Virus record (IMG/VR): IMGVR_UViG_3300020147_000023 | Coordinates: 1-26,864 of that record | Origin: a virus | Lineage: Duplodnaviria; Caudoviricetes | Reading direction: 5' to 3' (one strand) | Length of the DNA: 26,864 bases | In this document: positions 17,123-25,590 of the stretch, in pieces | Position numbering within the stretch: the stretch's first letter is position 1 | Layout of the letters: each line of letters begins with the position of its first letter | Notes under the pieces: model-generated | What the model was told of the DNA's origin: nothing | The model's input: the letters and a program-made list of their open reading frames with translations, nothing else | Database searches by the model: none | Position numbers and translations under genes: made by a program

Positions 17123-18682
17123 TCAGTTACGCTTCCGCCGCAACATGCGCTTGCCGGCCCTGACCGCGGCGGCCTTTTCCAGGCGCTCCTGATACTCCGC
17201 GAACCCCGCCTCTCCCGGCTTCGGGCGCGGCGGCTTGGCGGCGACGAAGAGCTGGCTCAGCTGGTTTACGGCGCCGAGCACGGCGTCCGCCACGTCATCC
17301 ACGAAGCCTTCCCGGTGACTCTGTCGATCCTCGCTCCAGGGCAGGGCGCTCCACTCGCTCAGCACGTCGGCGCAGTGCTCGGGTCGAATCTGAAGCGAGC
17401 CCGTCTTCATGAGCGCGCGCAGATACTCGATGCGCGGCTTCTTCCGCGGCTTGCCGAGCGCCTGCACGATGACGCCGCGATTCGCCATGTTCTGCACGAA
17501 TCGGTCGCCTTCGCCTCCGCAGTCCGCGTAGATCTCGCCCGTGCGCCACGCCGCGCGCAGTGCGGCCAGCTCCACAGCGATCTCGTCATCGTCCAACTCG
17601 GGCACGTAGTAGGCGCGCAACAGGACAATCTCCCGGCCCCTGAGCGACTTGGCGGCCACCGCGAAGCCGTTCCCGTCGCCCCAGCCCGGGTCAACCACGA
17701 CGACGATGCGCCACGGCTGGTCACGCGGTAGCTCCCATCCGGGCGGCAACATGTTGCGCTCCGCCGGAAGGTACACGAGCGAGTCTGTGTCCTTGACCCA
17801 GTCCGCCAGATACTCGCGGCGAAACTCAGCCGAGAGTTTCGACAGGATCGGTGCCCATGCCGGATCGTCGATCGGCGTGTCCTTCAGCGCGACCAGCTGC
17901 TCGACGATGGCATCAGCCGGCGTGTCATCGAGGATGTAGTTGCCCTCGTTCAGCTCTTCACGCAGGTAGCCCGCTGCATCGATATACGGATTGTCGAGCG
18001 CGGTCCACCGGTGCGACGACCAAGCGTTCACCTCTCGCCCGGTGTGGTCGCGACCAGTGCACTTCTCGTAGTAGAAGCCGCGCGGGTCGAGACCTGGCGA
18101 GCCGCACAGAATGAGCTGGCCGCCGCCGAGATGGTGAGTATCCATGAACTGCGGCGTGATGACGCTGGAGAGCAGATAGCGGAATTGCTGGTCGTGGCCC
18201 CCAAACGACCCGCACTCGTCGACCGCTGCCCGGCGCAGCCCGCCCGCGATGCCGCGAAGCTTTTCCACCTGGGCCCGGTCCTTCGCGGCCTTCAGCAGGA
18301 TGCGGTAGCCGTTCGGCATCGTCGCAACCAGGTCGAGCCCGTTCATGTTCATTCCGAGCTGGTAGCGCTCATTGAACAGCGTCAGCGTCGGCCACAGGAT
18401 GCTCTTGGCGTGCTCCTTCGTCAGCGCGACGAACAGCGACGAGTGCCCTGGCCACCGGTGATACTCCTCGAGCAACCACGCCGCGAGCGCATGCGAACCG
18501 CCACCGCGGCGGCCTTTTGGCCAGGTTTTCCGCGGAGATGGGTCCTCAAGTGCCGCTCTCTGCTTCGCGTGCAACCCATCCAGAATCCGCCACCACGGCG
18601 AGTCGGGGTCGTCCTCTACCAGGCTCTCCTGGATCAGGTCCTCGAGCAGGGTCGAATCGTCATCCGAGATGAGAGCGGGCAA
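17123..18682 (-). CDS. terL: Terminase large subunit
   Basis: LHAKQ (Q motif), Walker A variant KGRRGGGS, LRG, Walker B AAVDE, coupling motif ILCGSP, TALDNPYI, EFRREYLADW, nuclease VVVDPG...D and DDVADA. Start codon TTG is uncertain. Confidence 0.93.
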   Translation of the reverse strand: MPALISDDDSTLLEDLIQESLVEDDPDSPWWRILDGLHAKQRAALEDPSPRKTWPKGRRGGGSHALAAWLLEEYHRWPGHSSLFVALTKEHAKSILWPTLTLFNERYQLGMNMNGLDLVATMPNGYRILLKAAKDRAQVEKLRGIAGGLRRAAVDECGSFGGHDQQFRYLLSSVITPQFMDTHHLGGGQLILCGSPGLDPRGFYYEKCTGRDHTGREVNAWSSHRWTALDNPYIDAAGYLREELNEGNYILDDTPADAIVEQLVALKDTPIDDPAWAPILSKLSAEFRREYLADWVKDTDSLVYLPAERNMLPPGWELPRDQPWRIVVVVDPGWGDGNGFAVAAKSLRGREIVLLRAYYVPELDDDEIAVELAALRAAWRTGEIYADCGGEGDRFVQNMANRGVIVQALGKPRKKPRIEYLRALMKTGSLQIRPEHCADVLSEWSALPWSEDRQSHREGFVDDVADAVLGAVNQLSQLFVAAKPPRPKPGEAGFAEYQERLEKAAAVRAGKRMLRRKRN

Positions 18683-18747
18683 GCCTACGTCTTTCTAGCA
18701 GTGTCCTGGTTTGACGTAGGTTCTAGCACGGGGCAGACTGTCATGAC
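18683..18747 (+). promoter_or_regulatory. Putative late promoter 2: CCTACGTC-N21-GACGTAGG overlapping TTGACG-N17-CAGACT, in the divergent terL/portal gap
   Basis: 35/38 identical to 4020-4057. -35 at 18711-18716, -10-like at 18734-18739, palindrome GTCATGAC at 18740-18747 just before the portal ATG. Confidence 0.68.
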
Positions 18748-20697
18748 ATGCCACCGCGTCTGGATCATTGGGGCGACATCGAGGACGAGACTCTCGCCGG
18801 GCAAGCGCTGACCGCTACAGCTCGGAAACGGCTGAGCGCCATCTCCAAGCGCAAACAGCGTGCATGCGAATGGCTGAGTCAGTACGAGGGTCTCGGCCTG
18901 AACCGGTTCGACGCCGGGGCATACGATGGCGCCGAGGATTACGACTTCATCGACACAGATGCCCAGGGCAACAAGAGCGAAGCGTATCGCCAGACTCACA
19001 ACTACGGCGCTCGCGTCATGGATGCCATCGACGCGAAGATCTTCTCGCTCGAGCGCACCAAGACGCAATTCGTTGTGAGCGACGGCGGCTGGGCCGTGAA
19101 GGCGGCCGCTGTGAAAGCGGGCCGCTTCGTTGAGGGCCAGATGGCTGAGCCGAGCGGCATCTTCAAGGATCTCTGGGAGAGCTGGCGGCATGGCGCGCGG
19201 CTGAGCACCATCGCCACCGGCGCGAGCATGATGTGGTTCTGGAGCGACCCCACCCAGGGAAAGATCGTCACCGAGCTGGACGACTCGCTGAACACGTGGG
19301 TTGAGACAGGCGGTATGCCGTACGACGGGTACTCGTCGATCGGGCGCATTACGTATTGGGACCCGCGCAAGCTCGCGGCACGCTTCCCGAAGCATCGCGC
19401 GGATATCATGGCCGCCGCATCGGACCCGAAGCAGCTCACCCGATGGCGCGAGCTCTACTCCGAGGACGACGACGAAGAGGACAACGACGACTCGCTGCGT
19501 GTTCCGTTCATCCAGGGCTGGCGCATGCAGTGGGGCGACCCCGATAAGGGCGGCGTGCCCGGCGTCCAGATGTGTTGCATCCCGGGTCTCGTGCTCGACC
19601 GGCGCGACTACGAGAGTAGCGAACCGCCGTGTGTTCGCTTCTGCCCGATGCCGCAATTGGCTGGCGTGTGGGGCAGGACCATCTTCGAGCGATGCGTCGC
19701 GGCTGACCGTCGCTACAACGAAATCCTGAACAGCGTCGACAACGCCGAGCGGATCACGCCGAAGGGCGCGCTCGTGTTCGATCCCACATCCAGTGACGAG
19801 GAGCAACTGAAGGCCGTCAAGGATGTGATCCTGATTCCGCACACGGGACCGATGGATCGCGCGCCGCAATACACGGCGCCGCCGCCGTTTCACCCCGTCG
19901 TGCTCGACCTGCTGAAGCTCCACAAGGATGCCGTCTTTGACCTGCCGGGCATGAACGAGGCGCATGCGACCATGGCTCTCGGAAAGGGTCTGAGCGGCGT
20001 CGCGATTCGCCTGCTGAAGCAGGAGGTCTACGAGATCTTCGCTCCGCTCGAAGACGAATTCACCCGCTGCGTCGGGCCCGAGACCGCCAAGCAGATCATC
20101 CGTTGCGCCCGCGAGCTTCAGAAGGAAGGTGGATTCACTTCGCTCTGGAAAGGTGGCGGCGAAAAGGGCTGGCTTCAGGAGATTGGCGCGGACGTGTTCG
20201 ACGTGCTGGAGAAGCACAAGTACCGCGTCGAGCCGCAAGCCGTGAGCGGGAGCGTCAACACGCTCGCGGACAACGTCGAGCTAGCCAAAGAGCTGGTGCA
20301 GATGGGCATCATCAGCGGCGAGGCGTACGCCAAGATTCTCCAGACGGGCTACGTCTTCGGTGCGACTGGCACACCGCTGAGCCAAGCTGAGGAGCAGTTC
20401 ATCGAGCGGCAGATCGACGACTGGATGTATGCCGACCTGGAGACCGCGCGCCGCCGCTACATGGCGCCCGAGATCTGGATGGATAAGGACTACTCGCTGA
20501 CCCTGAAGGTCGGGGCCGCGTATCTACAGGCTCGCCTCGAGATGATCGACGATATGGATGACCCAGAGGTCACCGCGCGTCTCGGGCTATTCAAGACGTT
20601 CCTCTCTCAGCTCACGGCCAACGCCAAAGAGCGAGAGATGATGGCCGCGCAGGCGCAGGCAGCTGCTCAGGGACAGCAGCCGATGCCTACCGCTTAA
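18748..20697 (+). CDS. Portal (head-tail connector) protein
   Basis: 649 aa, adjacent to terL and followed by a scaffold-like gene. Contains the podovirus-portal-like GLSGVAIRLL motif and a Gln/Ala-rich C-terminal tail. Confidence 0.78.
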   Translation: MPPRLDHWGDIEDETLAGQALTATARKRLSAISKRKQRACEWLSQYEGLGLNRFDAGAYDGAEDYDFIDTDAQGNKSEAYRQTHNYGARVMDAIDAKIFSLERTKTQFVVSDGGWAVKAAAVKAGRFVEGQMAEPSGIFKDLWESWRHGARLSTIATGASMMWFWSDPTQGKIVTELDDSLNTWVETGGMPYDGYSSIGRITYWDPRKLAARFPKHRADIMAAASDPKQLTRWRELYSEDDDEEDNDDSLRVPFIQGWRMQWGDPDKGGVPGVQMCCIPGLVLDRRDYESSEPPCVRFCPMPQLAGVWGRTIFERCVAADRRYNEILNSVDNAERITPKGALVFDPTSSDEEQLKAVKDVILIPHTGPMDRAPQYTAPPPFHPVVLDLLKLHKDAVFDLPGMNEAHATMALGKGLSGVAIRLLKQEVYEIFAPLEDEFTRCVGPETAKQIIRCARELQKEGGFTSLWKGGGEKGWLQEIGADVFDVLEKHKYRVEPQAVSGSVNTLADNVELAKELVQMGIISGEAYAKILQTGYVFGATGTPLSQAEEQFIERQIDDWMYADLETARRRYMAPEIWMDKDYSLTLKVGAAYLQARLEMIDDMDDPEVTARLGLFKTFLSQLTANAKEREMMAAQAQAAAQGQQPMPTA

Positions 20698-20707
20698 CAG
20701 GAGACCC

Positions 20708-21862
20708 ATGGCAGACGAACAGACCGCGGCGCCGCCTCAATCGAGCGCGACGCCGTCAGACTCCGATGACTCAATCATCGGCGACATCCTCAAGGGCGCA
20801 CCCGAAGAATCGCGCGGCGATGCCGACGGTGGCGATGACGCTGAAGGAGAGCAGACTGAGGATCAGGCTGACGATGAGCACGAGTCGGATGATAGCACAT
20901 CCGATGACGACGATGCTCCAGCCGATGAAACACCGGCGGAGGATGACGATTCTGCCCCCGACAATGAGTCAGACTCCGCCGCGCTGAAGGCGGCACGTAA
21001 AGCGGCGGACGATGGTGACCTGGACACTGCGTTCAAGCTCGCGTTCGGCAAGAAGCCCGAGGAGCTGTTTCCGAACGACAAGCGCTGGACGCAGTGGCGC
21101 GCGGCCAACAACAAGCGCGATCGTGCGTTTCAGGCTCGCGAGCAGGAGCTGAATGCGCGAGACCAGCAGGGTCAGCAGTGGGTCACGACACAGCGCCAGC
21201 AGATCTCGGGCATCATCGACCAGCTGCGCCCGTACGAGGAGATTCACCAGGCGCGTGTAGCCTTCAAACAATCGGGCGACCCTGAGTTGCTCAAGGCCAT
21301 CATCGAGAAGACGGCGGAGATGCCGTACGACGAGGCGCAGAAGATCATCCTCACGAAGAGCCGCCGGAGCCCGGGCGAGCGCGCGCTGGCTCAGCAAGTC
21401 CAGACTCTGATGCAGAAGCTGGAGGAAGCTGAGCGAAAGAAGACAGAAGAGGCTCAGCAGCTCACCCAGCATCAGCAATACCAGGCCGACCTGGGACTCA
21501 TCACGAGCACGCTCAGGGGCGAAGTGACGAAGGTCCCGCGCTTCGCGGAGCGAGTCTACCAGGTGCTGGTCAAGACTCGGACCCCGACTGGGCTCAGCAT
21601 GAGCGTCGAAGAGGCTGGGCAGCGCGTGCTCGCGTCCGAGCGTCGAAAGCTCGCCAAGCATCCGCTCATCAAAAAGCCGGCGCCAAAGCCCGATGTCAGC
21701 GAGGCTGCGCGCAAGCTAGCATCTGCCAAGAAGGCCAAGCAGTCGCCGCCGGTGCTCCGACGTGACAGCCGCGGCAACGGCGCAGTCGACGAGAGAAACG
21801 AAAGCACAGACGACATCCTGGCCGACATGTTCAAGAACAGCAATCGCCGGAGGGCGCAATGA
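20708..21862 (+). CDS. Capsid scaffolding-like protein
   Basis: CAGGAG RBS. Very acidic disordered N-terminus, coiled-coil middle, basic C-terminal region ending in a short amphipathic helix. Follows the portal. Confidence 0.62.
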   Translation: MADEQTAAPPQSSATPSDSDDSIIGDILKGAPEESRGDADGGDDAEGEQTEDQADDEHESDDSTSDDDDAPADETPAEDDDSAPDNESDSAALKAARKAADDGDLDTAFKLAFGKKPEELFPNDKRWTQWRAANNKRDRAFQAREQELNARDQQGQQWVTTQRQQISGIIDQLRPYEEIHQARVAFKQSGDPELLKAIIEKTAEMPYDEAQKIILTKSRRSPGERALAQQVQTLMQKLEEAERKKTEEAQQLTQHQQYQADLGLITSTLRGEVTKVPRFAERVYQVLVKTRTPTGLSMSVEEAGQRVLASERRKLAKHPLIKKPAPKPDVSEAARKLASAKKAKQSPPVLRRDSRGNGAVDERNESTDDILADMFKNSNRRRAQ

Positions 21863-22572
21863 GCAATCTGCTGGAGCTGGTTACCCGCGACACTCCGGAG
21901 CGCGCGCCCGAGGCGCTGGAGGGGCTCCGTGACCGCAACGTGTTCGACTTCGTGCAGTGCGTCCCGTGGAAGCAGGAGCGCCGCGCGATCGCCCTGAACG
22001 GCATCCTGGCGCCAACGATGTACGAGATCACGGGCAGCGACTCGAGCCGCGATAAGCCATTCATTGGCGAAGTGCTGAGCACTGGCCCCGGGCTGGCCCC
22101 GGAGCGCATATGCGTTCTGCCGGGCGACGTGTTCCTGTGCACGCTCCACAACATCAGCTACCGGCTCACGGAGCGCGGTCGCAAAACCTACATGGTTCGC
22201 AACGGCGTCATCTACGCCAAGCTCGACAAGGGGACGATGAACTTGAAACCGCTTCAGGACCTGATTCTGGTGAAACGAAACGAGGAGCGCGCGCTCGCCC
22301 ACCAGAGCGGCGGCCCTATCTGGCTCCCGACCGACGACGTGACCACCGACGACGTGCGCTCTCCAGCCATCACGGCGGCCTACGGCGAAGTGGTCTCCGT
22401 TGGCCCTGGGCGCTACCGTGACGGCAAGTGGAGCGAGCCGCCGTGCCGCGTCGGTGACCTGGTACTCTACGATGCCAGCTACTCGACGTTGCCTGTCACC
22501 ATCCGCGGCGAGAATTTCACACTCGTGCCCACGCCGCAGATCGTGAAGATAGCGGACGAGGCGGCGCCCTAA
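21859..22572 (+). CDS. groES: Tandem two-domain GroES/Cpn10-like co-chaperonin
   Basis: Domain 2: MNLKPLQDLILVKR...SGGPIWLP...GEVVSVGPGRYRDGK.....VGDLVLY...VTIRGENFTLV...IV. Domain 1: GIL.P...DKPFIGEVLSTGPG......PGDVF...GRKTYMVRNGVIYAKL. Confidence 0.85.
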   Translation: MSNLLELVTRDTPERAPEALEGLRDRNVFDFVQCVPWKQERRAIALNGILAPTMYEITGSDSSRDKPFIGEVLSTGPGLAPERICVLPGDVFLCTLHNISYRLTERGRKTYMVRNGVIYAKLDKGTMNLKPLQDLILVKRNEERALAHQSGGPIWLPTDDVTTDDVRSPAITAAYGEVVSVGPGRYRDGKWSEPPCRVGDLVLYDASYSTLPVTIRGENFTLVPTPQIVKIADEAAP

Positions 22573-22850
22573 AACCGCGGAGGCTTGCGCCAGTCGAACC
22601 GGGTCAACAGCATCGAGTCGCGCCAGCCGCGGTCGGTGACGATGCTGGTGAGCCGATCCTGGCGCAGGCTGAGCTTGCGCTGCTCGTCGGCGAGCGCCCC
22701 GAATTGGTCGACGACAGCGTCATCCCGGCGCGCCAGGGAGACCAGGTGTCGCTGCACGGTACGCATCGTCCGTCGCTGGCTCACGGCGTCCCATACCAGT
22801 CCGATAACCGCTACCCCTAGCGACGCCAGGGCCACTGCTTCAGGCGACAT
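22569..22850 (-). CDS. Small membrane protein (N-terminal TM helix plus coiled coil)
   Basis: MSPEAVALASLGVAVIGLVW hydrophobic start (alternative GTG at 22865). Downstream of the RHH gene. Confidence 0.6.
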   Translation of the reverse strand: MSPEAVALASLGVAVIGLVWDAVSQRRTMRTVQRHLVSLARRDDAVVDQFGALADEQRKLSLRQDRLTSIVTDRGWRDSMLLTRFDWRKPPRF

Positions 22851-22874
22851 ACTGAAGCGTACCACATCGGCCGC

Positions 22875-23105
22875 CTAAGCGCTGCTCGCTTTCGGGGCAG
22901 TGCGCGACTTGCGTGGCTTGCGTGGCGGTCGGAGTCCAGCATCGACCAGCCGTTGCCGGTCCTCCGTGATGAGCCGCCGCACGTAGTCGCTGAAGCTCTC
23001 AGCGTGATACTCGGCGAGCGCCTTGGCGCAGTCGTCCTCTTCCTCTGTCACCCGTATCTGCCAGAGGACGGTGCTCGCCTGCGTGGTGCCTGGTCTGCGG
23101 TTCAT
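22875..23105 (-). CDS. Ribbon-helix-helix DNA-binding regulator (candidate repressor)
   Basis: TVLWQIRVTEEE...AKALAE....SFSDYVRRLI is an RHH/MobC-like pattern. Divergent from the early operon. Confidence 0.75.
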   Translation of the reverse strand: MNRRPGTTQASTVLWQIRVTEEEDDCAKALAEYHAESFSDYVRRLITEDRQRLVDAGLRPPRKPRKSRTAPKASSA

Positions 23106-23253
23106 CGCCTTGCGTCATTACAATGGCAGGACGTTTGAGTCCAGCGAGCCATCCCACAGCGGCCTACTGTATTTACAGATTGTGTCGAAACTGTGTTGCA
23201 CATGTGCATCATGGGCGCATAATCGTAATTACAATCACAGGGAGGGTGGTACT
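23106..23253. promoter_or_regulatory. AT-rich divergent control region (genetic switch)
   Basis: Rightward TTGCAC(23196)-N16-CATAAT(23218). Palindrome TGCACATGTGCA at 23197-23208, imperfect palindrome CTGTATTTACAG, GT(C/A)ATTACAAT at 23114 and 23225, and GGGAGG RBS before GTG 23254. Confidence 0.7.
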
Positions 23254-23409
23254 GTGGCGGACGATAGCCTGATCAGAGAGGCTCTCGCGGAGTCGGAGCG
23301 TCAGCGGCGGAGGCGCCGTGCGCGCCGGGTGCGCTGGACGGATTTGGACAAGGAGCTTGCGGCTCAAGCCCTGGCTGAGATCGCGGGTGAAAAGGGGTCT
23401 GATGAGTAG
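23254..23409 (+). CDS. Small Arg-rich protein upstream of the integrase (excisionase/Cro-like by position)
   Basis: Strong GGGAGG RBS, GTG start, 51 aa, overlaps the integrase ATG. Function is positional inference. Confidence 0.55.
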   Translation: MADDSLIREALAESERQRRRRRARRVRWTDLDKELAAQALAEIAGEKGSDE

Positions 23410-24688
23410 ATGGGAATTGCCGGCCGAGCTTACATTGAGTCGCCTCGCGGAAAAGTGGCTTGAGGACATCGCCTCGGTGATCGACCCGGAAACGGCGTCG
23501 CTGTACCGGCTGCACATGAGGACGCACCTGTGCCCCCACTTTGGCGACGATCCGCATGCCGTCCGGACGGCTTCGATTGCCGAGTATGGACGGTCACGGC
23601 TGAGAACGGTTAAGCGCGCGACACTGCAAAAGGAACGGTCGACGCTGCGTGGCTTTTTGGCATGGTGCGAAGAGCAGGGGTACCTGGTCGACGCGCCCGA
23701 ATTCCCGAAGCTCCCGCGCAAGGCTATCGGGACGGCGTTCGCTGTGCGCCGCCGGGGCCAAGCTACCGACATCTCCCTGGAGGAATGCGAGGCGCTCATT
23801 GCGGCGCTCCCGCGCTGGACGCGCCCGCGCACCGACCAGCCATCGTTCCCGGTCCGGGCCCGGTTCGTGGTCGCATTCGAGACCGCTCTGCGCCCGGCTA
23901 CCCTCGACGCGCTCTCGGTCCCGGAGCACTACTCCCGCGGCTCGAGCACGCTGACCATCACGGACGACATCGACAAGGCTCGGTTCGGCCGAGTCCTGCC
24001 GCTGACGCCCGCGGCGCGCGCCGCGCTCGAGAGCGTCTGTCGGCCCGGGATCACCGGCCTGATCTTCGGGAGCCATGACTATCGGTGGCAGCTCAGGAAG
24101 GCCGCCAAAGCGGTTGGGCTCCCGGCGGCGAAGCTCCGTACCTTCTGCGCCTACGACCTCCGCCACGCCCGGCTGACTGAGCTCGCCGAGGGTGGGAACC
24201 TGACCGGGACGGCCTACGTGGCAGGGCACCGCCGGGTCACTACCACGGCGCTGTACGTCAAGCCGGGGCTCCGCGCCGGCGAGCGCGCGCTCGAACAGGC
24301 CGAGCGGTCGCGCGCTAGCAGCGGGTCTTTTCCAGTGGGATTGCTTAAGTCTCCGAAAGTTCAAGGATTGTGCGAAGGAGAGGACTCGAACCTCCACGGC
24401 CTTTCGGCCGCTAGCACCTCAATCCACCGGAAGGCTGCGCACAACCTAGACGCGCATGCGCTGCGCAGCGAGGCCGTAGCCATCCTCGCGGCCGCCGCCT
24501 CTGGAGAGAGCGTCGATGAAGACCGCGTCAGGGCATTGGCGCTCGGCGCCATCGCGATGACGCCCGTCGGCAGGCTCTCGCTGGCTGTCCTCGAGGGCGG
24601 CGACTTCGCTCCGCGCCGCACCATCGAGCTTGCCCGGTTGCTCGCCGAGTCCGCGCCTCGCGCGCGCCGCGAGGAGGGTCCTCGATGA
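23402..24688 (+). CDS. int: Tyrosine integrase with internal attP
   Basis: Core-binding domain (T...Y...HL.PHFG), catalytic R (TALRP), K (DKAR), YDLRH (HxxR with Y for H), AGH and TTALY. ATG 23402 follows AAGGGG and overlaps the upstream ORF. Confidence 0.93.
   Translation: MSRWELPAELTLSRLAEKWLEDIASVIDPETASLYRLHMRTHLCPHFGDDPHAVRTASIAEYGRSRLRTVKRATLQKERSTLRGFLAWCEEQGYLVDAPEFPKLPRKAIGTAFAVRRRGQATDISLEECEALIAALPRWTRPRTDQPSFPVRARFVVAFETALRPATLDALSVPEHYSRGSSTLTITDDIDKARFGRVLPLTPAARAALESVCRPGITGLIFGSHDYRWQLRKAAKAVGLPAAKLRTFCAYDLRHARLTELAEGGNLTGTAYVAGHRRVTTTALYVKPGLRAGERALEQAERSRASSGSFPVGLLKSPKVQGLCEGEDSNLHGLSAASTSIHRKAAHNLDAHALRSEAVAILAAAASGESVDEDRVRALALGAIAMTPVGRLSLAVLEGGDFAPRRTIELARLLAESAPRARREEGPR
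24371..24422 (-). other. attP core: 3' half of tRNA-Leu(GAG)
   Basis: Minus strand TTGAGGT GCTAG CGGCCGAAAGGCCGT GGAGG TTCGAGT CCTCT CCTTCGC A = anticodon loop (GAG), long variable arm, T arm, acceptor 3' strand and discriminator A. The 5' half is absent. Confidence 0.9.
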
Positions 24689-25590
24689 GGGGGAGGATCC
24701 GGACCGTCAAGCCGGAATTGTTCAAGAGCGAGAAGCTCTGGGACCTGCAGGTGCAGACCGGGCTTCCCCTCACTCAGGCGTTCATCGGCCTGTTCTGTTA
24801 CGCCGATCGGGAGGGTCGATTCGAGTGGCGCCCCCGCGCGCTGAAGAGCGACGTGCTCCCGTACTGGGATGGCGACTTTGAGGAGGTGCTCAAGGCACTT
24901 GCATCGAAGATGTACATCGTACGCTACACAGTCGCCGGTAAGGACTACGGATTTATCCGTGACTGGCGCCTGCACCAGGCCATCGGGAACAAGGAGGTTC
25001 CGAGCGAGATACCTTCTCCCTCGGACCACGCCAAGGCTTCCTTGGAAGCTTCCGAGGAAAACTTGGAAGCTCCCGAGCGGAAGGGAAGGGAAGGGAAGGG
25101 AAGGGAAGGGGAATGGGAAGGGGGTATGGGGGACTTCGCTCCGCCTTCGGCTCCGCTCGACTCCCACGATGCAACGCCGTTGCACCGTGACGAGGATGGT
25201 GATTGCCGGACCGCAGTAGGGGCTAGAATCGCCCCGGAGCCATCGGTGGCACCCAAGCCACGTCCAAAGAGCAAGCGGCCCTCCACGAGCCTGCCAGACG
25301 ACTTCGTCCCGAACGACAGCGCCCGCTACCTGGCGCGTACACTGTCAGTGGATTTGGAGCTGGAGTTACCAGCGTTCGTCGATCACCACCGAGCGCGGGG
25401 TTCGACCTTCAGCGACTGGCAGGCGGCGATGCGCACCTGGATCCGGAACAGCGCCAAGTGGGCCGTGCCGAAGAGCGGGCGGCGCGCGTCGGAGCAGGAC
25501 GAGCGTCTGAGCGAGCAGGCGAAGCGCGTAGCCATGCTGCGCGCGCAAGAGGCTGAGGACGAGCGGCGAGCCTCAGGAGGTGGGACGTGA
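24685..25590 (+). CDS. Phage replication initiator (N-terminal RIRTVKPE domain, C-terminal DnaT-like domain)
   Basis: MRGRIRTVKPELF...LFCYADREGR N-terminus, GKGREGKG linker and LPDDFVP...FVDHH...DWQAAMRTWIRN C-terminus are typical of temperate-phage initiators. Confidence 0.8.
   Translation: MRGRIRTVKPELFKSEKLWDLQVQTGLPLTQAFIGLFCYADREGRFEWRPRALKSDVLPYWDGDFEEVLKALASKMYIVRYTVAGKDYGFIRDWRLHQAIGNKEVPSEIPSPSDHAKASLEASEENLEAPERKGREGKGREGEWEGGMGDFAPPSAPLDSHDATPLHRDEDGDCRTAVGARIAPEPSVAPKPRPKSKRPSTSLPDDFVPNDSARYLARTLSVDLELELPAFVDHHRARGSTFSDWQAAMRTWIRNSAKWAVPKSGRRASEQDERLSEQAKRVAMLRAQEAEDERRASGGGT
25031..25077. repeat. Candidate origin iterons within the initiator gene
   Basis: Near-palindromic CTTGGAAGCT(T/C)CCGAG at 25041-25056 and 25062-25077 (21-bp period), plus CCAAGG-CTT-CCTTGG at 25031-25045. 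Confidence 0.55.
25081..25110 (+). repeat. (AAGGG)6 pentanucleotide tandem repeat
   Basis: Read directly from the sequence. Encodes KGREGKGREG. Confidence 0.95.

Noticed and set aside
20708-22572. Major capsid protein after the portal
   Set aside because: Neither ORF resembles an HK97-fold protein (one is acidic/coiled-coil, the other GroES-like). The capsid gene is presumably outside the window.
23318-23401. Longer integrase N-terminus from the ORF track
   Set aside because: It overlaps the RBS-supported ORF 23254-23409. ATG 23402 has an SD-like sequence and a coupled overlap.
24151-24170. Inactive integrase because HxxR reads YDLR
   Set aside because: Tyr at this position occurs in active tyrosine recombinases, and the other catalytic residues are present.
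24371-24445. Intact tRNA-Leu gene
   Set aside because: Similarity stops at the anticodon loop. There is no D arm or 5' acceptor strand, so it is an att core.
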